This document shows positions 38,501 to 51,200 of a stretch of 64,000 nucleotides of DNA, in pieces. This DNA is from Bugula neritina (lineage: Eukaryota; Animalia; Bryozoa). A program made the translations under genes and the position numbers. Location of the stretch: positions 30,210,628 to 30,274,627 of the forward strand of contig OZ037767.1 of NCBI GenBank assembly GCA_964035545.1, read 5' to 3'. Position 1 is the first letter of the stretch, and each line of letters opens with the position of its first letter. The notes below the pieces were generated by a model. The model did no database searches. It saw only the letters and a list, made by a program, of their open reading frames with translations, and had not been told where the DNA came from.

Positions 38501-40807
38501 TCATCATATCCGCTGACTGATAGGAGACTTTATCTCCAGTAGTCCATCTGCTGCTTACCTTCGCCGTGACACTCTTCATGTAAGCTTTCCATTTCATCAG
38601 CTGTCTATTATCTGGTAACAGCAGGACACTGTGTTGTGTAATACAAGAGCTATATCTGCACACACTGTAAATGTTTACTTACTTTCACTTGTATTTTCTT
38701 GCTGGAAAATTATTATTGATTCCCACCATGTTATTTCATAACTCATTAGCTGATATAGCTGGCAATGAAAGGCGGTGCTGATGAAGTTGCAGTCATGTAG
38801 CGTGGAAAATAAGCTTTGTTATTATTTCAATTATGTTGCTCTGTTGGCGGTAATGACCAGGAGTTTAATAATTATGCTACAAGAGCCAACTTATATGTGA
38901 TGCTAACAGCTTTCTTTCTCTTAGGCATACAATGACACCCTTGCAAGCTTTAAACCTATATACCAGGTTATAAGCAAAACATAAAACGTTTCTTAAAGCT
39001 TTTTTGCAACTTGGCGGTAAAGACACATTCTAAATAGCTGCAGGACAAAAATACTAAAATCTTTTCTTACCGTTGCAGCTCCTAAACGTTTTTCCAGCCC
39101 TTTTCCCATTGGCCATACTGTCACCATCGGTTGGAGAGAGAGTGCTGCCGTTTGACTTGCTGCTGCCAACAACTGATGAGGCTTTTTGTTGTTTCAACAT
39201 TCTCTGCCTTTGCTTTTCATGTTCTTGTTAAAAGAAACAAAAAACAATCAATAACATAACTGCATATTTGAAAACAGGATGCAGGGTGTTGCATTTAAAC
39301 TACTGAGTAAAACGTGTATTTCCTAGATATATACATGCAGCTGTTTCCAGAAAATATAAACTTTTTTACTAATCGATATTAAAGCAATCTTTCAAGGTTA
39401 TGAACTGCCATCTCTTGAGAATAGGTACACACTACTAATTGCCTTCAGGCAGTATGCTATTCCATGTATACTAAACCCAAGGCTTTATTCCAAACATGAA
39501 GCTTATGTAACAATCAGTAGCTTCTACTGGCAGTGGAGGCAAATATAATTATAGCTGTTGGTACACTTATACTAAATTATTATATGTATTTATAATACAT
39601 TCAACATCGAGGTTCCGCGTTCTAAATAATAACTAATCCCAAGTATATTGCATTAATTAGGGTCCTGAGAGAAACTGTGCTGTATAAGGTAATAAAGCCT
39701 TTGCATGCGATTTCAAGAGGGAATTCAAGCTCTATTTAAATAACCACGCATTGAAAGACATATCCTCCCCACCTTCCTTCTCCCCAATAACTCCCCGCTA
39801 TCTCCCCCTATCTCCCCCTATCTTCCCATATTCCCCACTATCCCCAACTATCTCCCACTATCCCCCCTCTTCCCACTATCCCCACTATATCCCCCCCTCT
39901 CCCCACTATCTCCCACAGCTGGTGGTGAAAGATAACTGAAAGTCACATCTTACCGACACCAGAGAAGCTGCAGATGCTTTTATACGCAGCTCATGGTAGT
40001 AGAAGGCAGAAAAAACTTGCCTGATTAGCAAAACCTAAAATATAAAAGTTGTATACTACCTGATTGACTTTGCATAGAGGCACCATGGCCCGAGTTCTTT
40101 GTTGAACTGGTAAGAGATGTAGAAGGTCTAGAACTATACCCGCTGTCATTGTCTGTAGCTACACAAGAACATGAGCAATTATGACATTTTCAACAGCTTA
40201 TAAAATAAAAAAGCAAGAGAGCAGAAAATAATGCTATAAGAAGGAACTGCAAACAATGAGATGAAGCAGACGAGACAAAACAAGTTTGAATCTTTCTCCA
40301 CAAGTTTGACTGTCAACTAAGCTAGGGGATTCCAGTGCTGCTTTTGAATACTAAAAGTGCTGACAATTTCTTTGGATAAATAGAAAACGATTTACTACTA
40401 TTTTACAATCCTATGGATGTTCAGAAAGTATTTGATGGCTATTTATAAACTATATGTCTTCACTCGGCAAAAAACAAACATCAATGCTTTATAAATCAGA
40501 TGCTTTCATCAAAATATTCATCGAGAAAAAGAGTCACGATAATTGGTGTATCTTTCAGCTTAAAGCTTCATAGCAAAACTAATTATAATGTAAAATTAGC
40601 AACATGATATTGTGGCAGTGTTACAGGGTTGTCAGAAGAAGCACCCACACTGCGATTCACAGCCTGGTGTATAGAAAGGAGTCTAAATTATTTTATTAGA
40701 ATAAAAGGAAACTTACCTTGTTGATTGCTAATGCTTAGAGAAGATTTGTTTTTGAATAAGTTTGGTTTGACAGCCTGCCGAGAATACTGATCATATAGAT
40801 TTGACAT
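23576..40807 (-). CDS. IQCM: IQ motif-containing protein M-like, with internal VWA domain
   Basis: ATG at 40807 (MSNLYDQYSRQ), Ser/Lys-rich N-terminal exons, IQ motif LQKYARGWLVRR (~27615-27730), then HGTSWEKLCTEYKALLARIQRRCG..IQQYMDKK, YELTF..EIMSFFRSCQLFPLESEVQSAF, ALELIWMVYCPPATGL..SLWMSPQVEGKE, stop at 23576. These blocks match the IQCM C-terminal region as I recall it. Phases checked across the Gypsy-containing intron (37333|29163). Confidence 0.7.
24741..26475 (-). other. Five-exon von Willebrand factor A (VWA) domain module within the IQCM-like gene
   Basis: GCSIQSDVVFLLDCSASIG..; VRVAIVPYND..VDFDSYGSKDELL; GQITRTDSAL; VPKLCFAFTDG; VVLYAVT..LLDIAS..QQCL. MIDAS DxSxS..T..D is intact. 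Confidence 0.85.
29277..29704. mobile_element. MITE (428 bp), Merlin-like by termini and TSD
   Basis: TIRs GGT(T/G)TCATCCCAG..TTAGACGCTATTT..TATTTTGGTAC at both ends; 8-bp TSD ATATTATC (29269-29276, 29705-29712). GG termini plus 8-bp TSD suggest Merlin/IS1016; the superfamily call is inference. Confidence 0.8.
29967..30525 (+). repeat. 5' LTR (559 bp)
   Basis: TGTAATGG...TTTACTACA; TATATAAAA at 30345-30353; AATAAA at 30431-30436. Confidence 0.97.
30527..30545 (+). promoter_or_regulatory. Primer-binding site, tRNA-Leu
   Basis: TGGTGGCAGCGGTGGGATT, 1 nt after the LTR, complementary to the 3' end ..AATCCCACCGCTGCCACCA of metazoan tRNA-Leu(AAG/TAG). Confidence 0.85.
30576..31481 (+). CDS. gag: Gag (capsid plus CCHC zinc knuckle), 301 aa
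   Basis: PPNFGGEGDVEQFIREF, LRACLTGRA, LRARFG; zinc knuckle CWGCGAQGHVRRHC. Confidence 0.93.
   Translation: MAPGDTAPEAATPPALTVEALVTALQGLRGQGQASPGDRYRLQPPNFGGEGDVEQFIREFQDVATIAEWPVPVRILQLRACLTGRAKSFALGPDEEHIMRALRARFGLTTEEAADRLQIMRRDQRTPLEDHANEVERLAQAAFGHATGNDRKRLVYNAFFRSVNHPDLQRYWLAAKVNSIEEALEMGKAYFQVEEPRRPSYTARQVVEEHEETTPLPTPQVAAAATKSPEQTQLTMLMDMMKGLQATVTKLQSEQADRRAPRSRDNPVRPSLLTCWGCGAQGHVRRHCPRGQGPLNTQGSR
31457..31522 (+). promoter_or_regulatory. -1 programmed ribosomal frameshift signal (gag-pol)
   Basis: T TTA AAC in gag phase (31457-31463), 6-nt spacer, stem GGCTCACGGT/ACCGTGGGCC; the -1 frame is open from here into pol. Confidence 0.85.
31457..36379 (+). CDS. pol: Pol polyprotein (protease, RT, RNase H, integrase) interrupted by one in-frame TAG at 34934-34936
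   Basis: LLDTG protease; WRFCVDYRRLN, LPFGL, YLDD RT; TDAS..ELLAVV..TDH RNase H; HHCC, VAVDL, IHTDQG, YHPQGNGVVER, GPY integrase. Track ORFs 31628-34936 and 34940-36379 are in the same frame. Confidence 0.93.
36574..36583 (+). promoter_or_regulatory. Polypurine tract
   Basis: GGGGGGAGAA directly before the 3' LTR. Confidence 0.9.
36584..37142 (+). repeat. 3' LTR (559 bp)
   Basis: Offset 6617 bp from the 5' LTR; no difference seen by eye, and the track ORFs inside both LTRs translate identically. Confidence 0.97.
39765..39915. repeat. C/T-rich degenerate repeat (CCCACTATC-like)
   Basis: Visible low-complexity array, intronic. Confidence 0.8.
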
Positions 40808-41671
40808 ATTCCTAGACACCAGACACCTTAATGTTGATGTCAACTTTCCCTATAACGTGTCACTTTTCTAAACATTGATACATCACATAGTGTTTGTAGT
40901 CACAAAACTCTATGCAACAATATTTAAATCTTGAAAGCAAATATGATTTGCAATTTAAATTTATTGCAAGCCGATATGTTAAAATTTCTTCTAGTGTTGG
41001 AGTTTACAACTGAAACAGAGTACTGGGAGCTGTTACCAGTGACACTAGCATGTTATGATGTAAACAAAGATGAGTGCTCTTCATATCTATCTACTGTATT
41101 ATATTTCCAATAACACAGATACATCTGATATTGATAACGGCTCATCATTGGAGATCATAAAAGAAGGAACAATTGGGAGAATGGAGCATGACTAATGAAT
41201 GAGCAGGGAGAATGGGCCCTTCTATTGATTTGAACCTTAGAGGCTTTATATATTAATTATGAAATAATTTATAGGACTTTGGGAAATGCACGCATGCATT
41301 TGTGTTTACCAGTTCAGCAGAGAATGTGCTGATTTAGTACAAGAGAATGATGTCTTGAGGTTGGGTTAGCTGATTAGTGTGCAGTGATTTGTTCAATAGA
41401 AGATTGTATGCAGGCAGCAACAATGTAACAGCAGCAAAGACAAGTAAACAAAGTGATGGGAGATGATATAATGAGACAGTATTAAATAGCGATCTGAAAT
41501 TTGTCTGCTTTGGGGGTCTAAGAATTACCACATGCACAGCATTTCAGAGCTGGTGGTGAATTTATTAACTGATAGAAAGAGAATATTATGAACAAAAGGA
41601 CCTCCCCTTGCACAAGCGTATAATTTCATGCATTGATTTTAAAAACCTTCTATCAGATTTCCCATACACAG

Positions 41672-41819
41672 TACACTATTGTTGTGTATACATGTACAGC
41701 ACACTATTGTTGTGTATACATATACAGCACACTATTGTTGTGTATACATGTACAGCACACTATTGTTGTGTATACATGTACAGCACACTATTGTTGTGTA
41801 TACATGTACAACACACTAT
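41672..41819. repeat. 28-bp minisatellite, ~5 copies
   Basis: TACAGCACACTATTGTTGTGTATACATG repeated between the AK9 3' end and the IQCM-like 5' end. Confidence 0.9.
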
Positions 41820-42281
41820 AAAAATATACAACACAGTAGTGGTGTATATACATGTACACTATATTACAATAAAATAGCTCGGATTTATAAAGTTCTATTT
41901 AGTGATAAGTAGGCGTTGTAAAAAATCCCACAACAGTCTCATTGTGCAAAATGTGAGTGAAAACAAGGCTATTAAAAACAAAAGACAATTTTATACCAAT
42001 TGTTTATAATATTTATTGTAATATTTTGTTATTTACATGGTCAATTCTACCGCAATAAAATGCAGTAATTAAAATATCACAGAATAATTGGACGGATAAT
42101 AAACTAGCAAAGTATAAGAATTTTAAAATAAATTTAAAATAGCATTTAAATTCAATCGGAGAACAAGCATAGACCGATATTAATTGTATTCAGTGATGCT
42201 TGTAGATGTCTATCCCTGCTGTCAGCTGACATCAGCTAAGCCTCTGCTGTCTGCTGCCGCTGTCTAGTAACAAGGATGTCT

Positions 42282-45200
42282 TCACGAGACTGGCTTTGTC
42301 TTGAGCTGCAAGAACTCGTTGAGTTTGTGGTTGAAGTCAATAGGCCTAGCCTCAGGCTCCTTGTACCTCACAGTCATGTTGTCACCTAGATAGCGGATGA
42401 GGCTACACGTCTCCTCAAACTTCTCCAGCCTCTTCTTGTACTTCTTTCTCACGTAATCAGAACTTTTAGGATTGAAGGCTAAAATTTAACCACAAATTAA
42501 AATTAAAATTCAATTTATAAGATTTTTATATGATATAAAAATATTAAAATTTTAATGAAAAGCCTAACCAAGCAAACCAGCCCGTTATATTGTTAGAAGT
42601 ATAAGAGTTATCTTCTAATTGGCATAGTGAAAAGGGAAGGCAACTAACCTTTCAAATGATAGGCTATGTATATAAGTGCTGACTGAGTAGCGGTGAGGAA
42701 TGGATATTTCGGTTTGAAGCAGCCACATTTGGTTAGTGCTTTAGTAACAGCCAATGAAACGGCCTGTTCCATATAACCCAACATGGGCAGTCCAGTGACG
42801 TTCACAGGCTCTTTGCGTGGGGGCAGTTTGTGTGGTAACTTCAAATTCCAATACTTTTCAGGCAGCCTAAATTGCAAAGCAAACAAAATGATGATATTTG
42901 ATGATACATGATTAGCAATAAGTTGTTAGTATTATAACTTTTGTTAAAAAATAAATAACCAGATAACCTTCATAAAAAATGAATGAATGGCAAACTTCTT
43001 TAAAACGTGTAGTAAAATCATTATGTTCGAGCCTGTAAACTGTCAAACCTCGTTGCTCAGCAGTATTATAAAAATGCTATTTTAATTTATCATTTAGTTC
43101 ATACAACTCCTTATAATTCTAAAAAAATCAAAAGTCTTATTAAAAGTAGGCTTCTGAACCAAAATATCTGGTCTCACATTAAAGACGGCTGCAAGAAAAC
43201 ACACGACTATTTACCTCAAGAATTTGAGAAGCTTGTCTTCTGATTCAAAAGCATACAATTTATTTCTGTAGAGGACACATCCGATTTCCATGCTGCCAGG
43301 AATGATCGCTTCATATCTACAGTACAGCATAAGCAGACAGCTTTTATACAACATTCATATTCTCAAAAAATACTTTGGAGTTGTCACTACTCTCAGGGAC
43401 AATGCACATGTGACTATGAATAAAAAAATTCAACATTGTTAGTTAATGAAACTAGCAAATTTCAATCTATAGTTATGTCACATAAAAAGAAAATCAAAAA
43501 TTATAGCCTTAAAACCTCATTGCTAACATTTTTCTGTATTGGAAGAACAAATTCACATGTATAAAGTCGACTTAGAATTTGCAGTGGCACACTATTACGT
43601 AGAGAATTCATGAACTGCTCTAAACAGAACCAATACCTGAGTTTCCCATCCAAGAATGTGACGGGACAATATCCTTTGATCTCTAGAGGCATAGGGAAAA
43701 GAGCTTTGGCCTCTTCGGCTGTGATTCTCTTAGGTAGGAGATCAGCTGGCGGTAGACGTCTGGGTGCCAAAGGAGGTACGTACTTCTCTGCCTCCGCTAG
43801 GAACATGTCTCTCTCTTTCTCACCAGCACACTTGTAGTAGAAACCTGCAAAAACACTCACACAATACACACTTGTATAGCACGACACAACTGAACAACAC
43901 TAAAAAACCAACACTCATTGACCTTGGGAAGGTCAGCAAAAAACTCACCTCTGAATTCGACAGCGTATAGAAGTGATGGAGACACTCCACAGTTGACGAG
44001 CTCGCCGTCTGCGAGTCTCACTGGACAGTAGTGACTGAAATCACCGAGTCGAGCGTTGAACTCACTTGGGGTGATGCAGAGGTCGTACACGCTAGCAGCT
44101 TTGCCGTCTGCTACTCTTTCCAAATACGTCTGAAAGAGTCAAAGACGTAAGTTCACAGTCCAATATTTATATTAAGGATAAGATGAAATCAACTAACTTT
44201 TAGTATCTACAAATTTAAATGGAAATTTGAGTAACAAATTAAAACACACATCAGTTATCATTGAAACAACATGCGGTTTTCAAACCCTTAAATCCTTATA
44301 CTAGTTCACCAAGTTCTTATAAATCACAAGAAAACCTTTCAATATAACTTCCACCAAAGTAAAATAGATAAATATGTGGTTAAAAATGAAACTTTCTTTT
44401 TCTAAAATTAAATGAAATAACAACAAGTTTTTCTCGTGTGCTACAGTAGTGCAGGCATTAGTGTACTAAAACACTGCTTAAATAACATGCCATTACTCAA
44501 GGTACTAGTAATCAACATAAAATATCCACTCCCTACAGCTCATCTAAACCAAGAACAGGTCATGTGACTGAGGTACCTGGATTGTACAGACGCTCTTCTT
44601 GGCAAGTTCGACAGCCTCGTTCCAAACCCACCACTTGCTCTTCTCTACCTTGATGACGTCATAGTTCATGTGCTCGTTTCTGTACCACTTCCTCACCTCC
44701 TCTATGTGCTGATTGTAGGTGTTGATCTTCACGGTGGCTATCTGAGACGAGTCATGCTTAGGGAATACCCTGCGTACAATACAGGTATATTACAGACAGG
44801 TATATTACAGACAGGTATATTACAGAGAGGTATATTACAGACAGGTATATTACAGACAGGTATATTACAGACAGGTATATTACAGATGGGTATTATACGG
44901 ATTGCTACCTCTCAGGGTCCAGACGATCTTTAGTGGCCCGAACCATGATCTCCATGTTGCTGCAGGACAGCTCAAGCACCCGGACTGGTATGATACCGGC
45001 AGCTGTCATTAAATCTATCTGCTGCCTATTCAATGGGAACCCATCTAAGATATATCTGCAACATAAATTCAACATGTCTACAGTTCGTCCAAAATTCAGG
45101 GTATATTTGGGCCCTCACTCTAGATTCTAGAACTACACCTTCCAAACACACACCATATGTAACTAATTAGCACTTCATTCTTTTTTCAAAGAGAAATTAA

Positions 45201-48200
45201 GATGCACCGACTAGAAGTAATTGAAGAGCATCACTTAAATTAAACACATTAGTTGTTTTTGTAACCAACACTTCTGCTGATTGACCAACTAAACCGGCTC
45301 TCAGCATCAAATGTCTACTAACCCTCGAGTGGTGCAGTTCATATCCATGAGAGCCACTTGGAGGGCCGCCACGGCAAGCTCATTCGACACAGGACTCCCT
45401 GACTTCAGCACGTCTTGCAGCTGATTGGCCAGACTTGTCTTGGGCTGATTGGCCAGAACGAGTCTCATTGCATCTCCGAGTGAGACGCGTACGACACCAA
45501 ACTCTGACTCAAATCTACGCGCCACTGCAGCAAAACATCATAGAAACGTTAGAGACTTAGAGTTGCTTATAATAATGAATGCAATAGCTTAGTGAAATCT
45601 AGAAATGCGGAAAAAATTAACAACTTCAACATACAAGTTGTTTTGCCAGACTTGGGTGGTCCAATAATCGCCATTCTGATTGGTACAACAGGTTTGGGTG
45701 ACGGCTGTTTGAGGTAATGCAGAGGATTCTGGGAGAAAGCCTCTCTGTTCTGAGCATTAGCCAAGTAGTAGATATAGCCTCTGTATATAACTGGGAAAGA
45801 GGGGTAGCCAACTCCGTGCATGGGCTGTATGCACTCCCCTTCCAACAACTACAGAATATCCAATGTGAAGGCTAAAGGCTAAGACAAGTTAAATAACACT
45901 TTGAATAAGTTTCTCTCTCATTATTTTACAAGAGCCATGAAAAGGTGTCTACAGCAGCCAACTGTGTAAATACAATGAGTTATTCATTGTGATAGTGTAT
46001 CGCACTGAATCATGAATCACTATCATAAGTGACTCACTCTGATACTACTATGAGTCATAGTGCACTGAATGATCACTTTGAATGACTGACTGCTCAATAC
46101 AAGAAATAACCTCAAATTAGTAAGTCAGTACAAATATTTTTAAAGTTTAATTTGTAGAATTTTTTTACATAAATAGTAAAATTTGAGAACAGGTGATATA
46201 TTAAAGTAATATAACTCAGAATTGTATATACAAGTACATAGTTTAGAACAGCACTGTGACATACCTGTACGGGACACCAACGACCAAATCTGCTCGGCTG
46301 TTTATAGCCAATAGTAATCATTCTTTCAGCAAGTTTCTCACTAATAGGATACACTCTTTCAAACATACTCTCTCTATAGACTGTATACGGCTTGAGTGAC
46401 TTGGACAGTTGATAGCGTATAATGTGGGGCTTTCTACCCCCCTCAACCTCCACATGTGGTATAAGAACCTCTTCTAAGGTCTCTGTGACGGAAGACAGTC
46501 TATTAGTGTCATTGTCATACAACTCAGCCAAGTCATTACTCAGTCTATCCCGAGCGTCTTCTGCTGTTTCGTCTTCTTCGTCTTCCTCTTCCTCTTCGGC
46601 CTGTGAACAAACCGTTAGTAATATACTAGTAATACGTTAGTAATATATTAGTAATATGTTAGTAATATACTAGTAATATACTAGTAATACACTAGTAATG
46701 CAGTTAGTAATATACTAGTATATTACTAGTAATACACTAGTAATACACTAGTAATATATTAGTAATACACTAGTAATATACTAGTAATATAGTTAGTAAT
46801 ATACTAGTAATACACTAGTAATATAGTTAGTAATATATTAGTAATACACTAGTAATACGCTAGTAATATATTAGTAATACACTAGTAATATACTAGTAAT
46901 ATAGTTAGTAATATACTAGTAATACACTAGTAATACACTAGTAATGCAGTTAGTAATATACTAGTATATTACTAGTAATACACTAGTAATATATTAGTAA
47001 TACACTAGTAATATACTAGTAATATAGTTAGTAATATACTAGTAATACACTAGTAATATAGTTAGTAATATATTAGTAATACACTAGTAATATACTAGTA
47101 ATATAGTTAGTAATATACTAGTAATACACTAGTAATACACTAGTAATGCAGTTAGTAATATACTAGTATATTACTAGTAATACACTAGTAATACACTAGT
47201 AATATATTAGTAATACACTAGTAATATACTAGTAATATAGTTAGTAATATACTAGTAATACACTAGTAATATAGTTAGTAATATATTAGTAATATAGTTA
47301 GTAATATACTAGTAATATAGTTAGTAATATATTAGTAATATAGTTAGTAATATACTAGTAGTATAGTTAGTAATATATTAGTAATATAGTTAGTAATATA
47401 CTAGTAATATAGTTAGTAATATATTAGTAATACACTAGTAATATGTTAGTAATACACTAGTAATACGTTAGTAATACACTAGTAATACGTTAGTAATACG
47501 CTAGTAATACACTAGTAAGACACTAGTAAGACACTAATAGTATACTAGTAATATGTTAGTAATATACTAGTAATATAGTTAGTAATACACTAGTTATACA
47601 GCTAGTAATACACTAGTAATACGTTAGTAATACACTAGTAATACGTTAGTAATACGCTAGTAATACACTAGTAAGACACTAGTAAGACACTAATAGTATA
47701 CTAGTAATATGTTAGTAATATACTAGTAATATAGTTAGTAATACACTAGTTATACAGCTAGTAATACACTAGTAATACGTTAGTAATACACTAGTAATAC
47801 ATTAGTAATACGCTAGTAATACACTAGTAAGACACTAGTAAGACACTAATAGTATACTAGTAATATGTTAGTAATATACTAGTAATATAGTTAGTAATAC
47901 ACTAGTTATACAGCTAGTAATACACTAGTAATACGCTGCTAGTTATACAGCTAGTAATACACTAGTAATACAGCTAGTAATACAGCTAGTAATGCACTAG
48001 TTATACAGCTAGTAATACGCTGCTAGTAATACAGCTAGTTATACAGCTAGTAATACGCTAGTAATACGCTGCTAGTTATACAGCTAGTAATACACTAGTA
48101 ATACAGCTAGTAATACAGCTAGTAATGCACTAGTTATACAGCTAGTAATACACTAGTAATACAGCTAGTAATACAGCTAGTAATGCACTAGTTATACAGC

Positions 48201-51200
48201 TAGTAATACACTAGTAATACAGCTAGTAATACAGCTAGTAATACACTAGTAACACACTAGTAATACAGCTAGTTATACAGCTAGTAATACGCAGCTAGTT
48301 ATACAGCTAGTTATACAGCTAGTTATACAGCTAGTTATACAGCTAGTAATACACTAGTTATACAGCTAGTAATACACTAGTTATACAGCTAGTTATACAG
48401 CTAGTTATACAGCTAGTTATACAGCTAGTTATACAGCTAGTTATACAGCTAGTTATGTACCTCAAACTCCTCGGCAAGGACAGCCTCGATGTCTTCTTCC
48501 TCTTCCTCTTCCTCTTCCTCAGCCTCTTCTTCAGCCTATTCAAGAGATCAATTACTCACCTAATTAACGTTTGAAATCAACACATGAAATTCACACACAA
48601 ACATAATGTACTGTTATCTATTTTACAGTTCCTAGAAAAGTGAATTCACAAAGTTCTCTGTAGCACCTTTACCTCTTCCTCTTCATCCATTTCTGCCTTC
48701 GCAGCTTCCTTTTCTGCTCTACGTTCTTCCAGTCTCTTCTCCTTCTGTTTAACCAATTCCCTTCTCCTCTTTTCTATTTCTTTCTCTCGTAACTTCTTTG
48801 CTTTGTCTTTTTGGCGTTGTCTTCGGGCAAGTTTCCTGAAAAAGGACAGAAATTGCTTGCATCAGGTGAATATTATTGACTCTGCCGGAAAAAACTCCTG
48901 AAAAGATGGTTAAAAAGGCATTCGCTTTTTCATAATACTCACCGATCTCGTTTAGCACTCCACTTTTCCATCTTAGGAGGCAGCAAACGCCCGATGATGT
49001 CGCTGTCTTCTGAGTTGATAGTCACCGCGGTGTCGGGATAATATCCACTCTCCGCCATCCACCTCACCTCATCTGGTATTCGGGGGAAACCCTCCAGTAT
49101 AAAGCCGGTACTTCTGCAAACATACACACACCTCTACATACTCAAGATACACCATCACCACACAACCAGTTATATACAGCTTGAAGAAGAACTTAAAAAA
49201 ACTGAATTGCCCAGACAAAGACTTTACCTGAAGGGTTCGCTGCTCCAGAACTGACCAATCACCTTCTCCAGAATCTCTGGCGGCAGCATGTCATCCATAC
49301 CAGACTCTAGGAATGATTTGATAGCCTCTTCTTCTTCTGTATATTCAGCCTCGGCTTCCTCTTCAACCTACACATAATAAAAGGGCATACATGGTAAGAG
49401 CTGAGGCTAGAAAGTATTAGGCAAGTAAGGCATAGTCACATGAAGACTTGGTTAAAGCTCAGTTACTTGTGAGTATAAGCAAACAATGTGAGCATCAAAA
49501 GCAAACAAAATTGAACAGCCGTCTAAGTTTTTACTAGTTACAGGTGTGCATATTTGACACATAGCTACAGGTGTGTATATGTGACGCATAGTTACAGGTG
49601 TGCATATTTGACACATAGCTACAGGTGTGTACATGTGACATATAGTTACAGTTATGTTTCAGTTATACTTAAAGTAGAGGTGATAAGTGGTTGCACGAGT
49701 GTTAACTACAGTTAGTGCATTTGTGACAGGTAATTAGTAAAAGTGACAGGTAGTTACAGGTGTGTGCTAGTAACAGTGACAGTGACAGGTAGTTACAGGT
49801 GTGTGCTAGTGACAGTGGTAGTGTATGTGACAGGTGGTTGCAGGTGTGTGCTATTGTTCTACATGGCAGCTAAACAAAGGTGCTAGACAGGCAGCACAGT
49901 GGGTTAATTACCAAGTTAGATAAGACAGAATAGTTGCGAGTAAATCTGCTGCCGACAGCGCTTCTGCTACCCATAGACTGAGTGTCAGTCTCAAACATGT
50001 ACTAAATAGCAACAAGTAAAGAAGTTGGAAAAAAGGCTATCAACCAGAGAATGGAAGAAGTAGAAATAAATAAATAAAGTTAGAAATTGAAATGAAATTT
50101 CCAGGTTTATTGTATAAGCTATGGAGACATAGGAAAATAAATAATACTCAAGTTGCAACTTTAATTTGTTGAAAGATGATAATAAGATTACTTTTAGATG
50201 TAAATATAGCACACAGCAGTTGATACAACTTCATTGCATTTGAAGAACTATGCATACACAACTTGAGAAAATATACACTATACACTGGTGGATGGTCACG
50301 TGATCACTGTAGTCACATGATCACTGGATAATCACATGACCAGTGTAGATGGTCACATTATCACTGCGGATAGTCATATGACCACTGTGGATGGTCACAT
50401 GGTCACTTACCTCTTCCTTGACTTCCTCTTCAGGGAGTGGCTCTTTCCCCTCTTCACCCCCTTCCTCATTATCTTCATCCTCTCCTGCCTTCTCCTCTAC
50501 ATCCAGATCAGCCATGGTGAATGTTCTCTCAAACTCATCCAACTCTTTATTTTCCCTGCAAAAACCAAGGAAAGTTTACAAAACTAGTCATGCTTTGGTA
50601 TTTATATGATTTCAGTATGTCTGTAAATTAAGAGTAAACGGGTGACTAGAGGAGGCCAGTTAAAAATAAAACAATACAGGCTGCAGCATAAATCAAGGTC
50701 ACTCAAGTTATGATAAAGTATTCAAGTTAATATTAATTTATACACTACGTTACAATGACTAGAATTAATATAATGCTAAATTTATAAAACAGAGCTACAA
50801 GAAAACATTATACCATAACAAAAAAACTTCTCATGTTGGCTGCTATTTTCACAGTCATACAATAAACACAGAATAGCCAAGCTAGAAAATGTAAACATAA
50901 TAATTGAGACAACAACTCACTCAATATCTTCTGGGGAATCTTTAAACTCCTCTTCGGCCTCGTAGAAAGGACCGATATACTTCTTAGTTTTCTTCAGCAG
51001 CATTTCCTGCAGCAGCTCCTCGAACTGGATGTGGAAGACGTTGTGTTTCTGTGCGAGTTGACGGGCATGCAGACTTTTCCCAGAACCCTTTGCACCCAGT
51101 ACTAGCAGACGCATGGCCGTTGTCTGCAATAAACAGCAGTTAGAGTGTATCATATGTATCATATATATTAGTCAGAGTGTATCGTATGTATCATATATGT

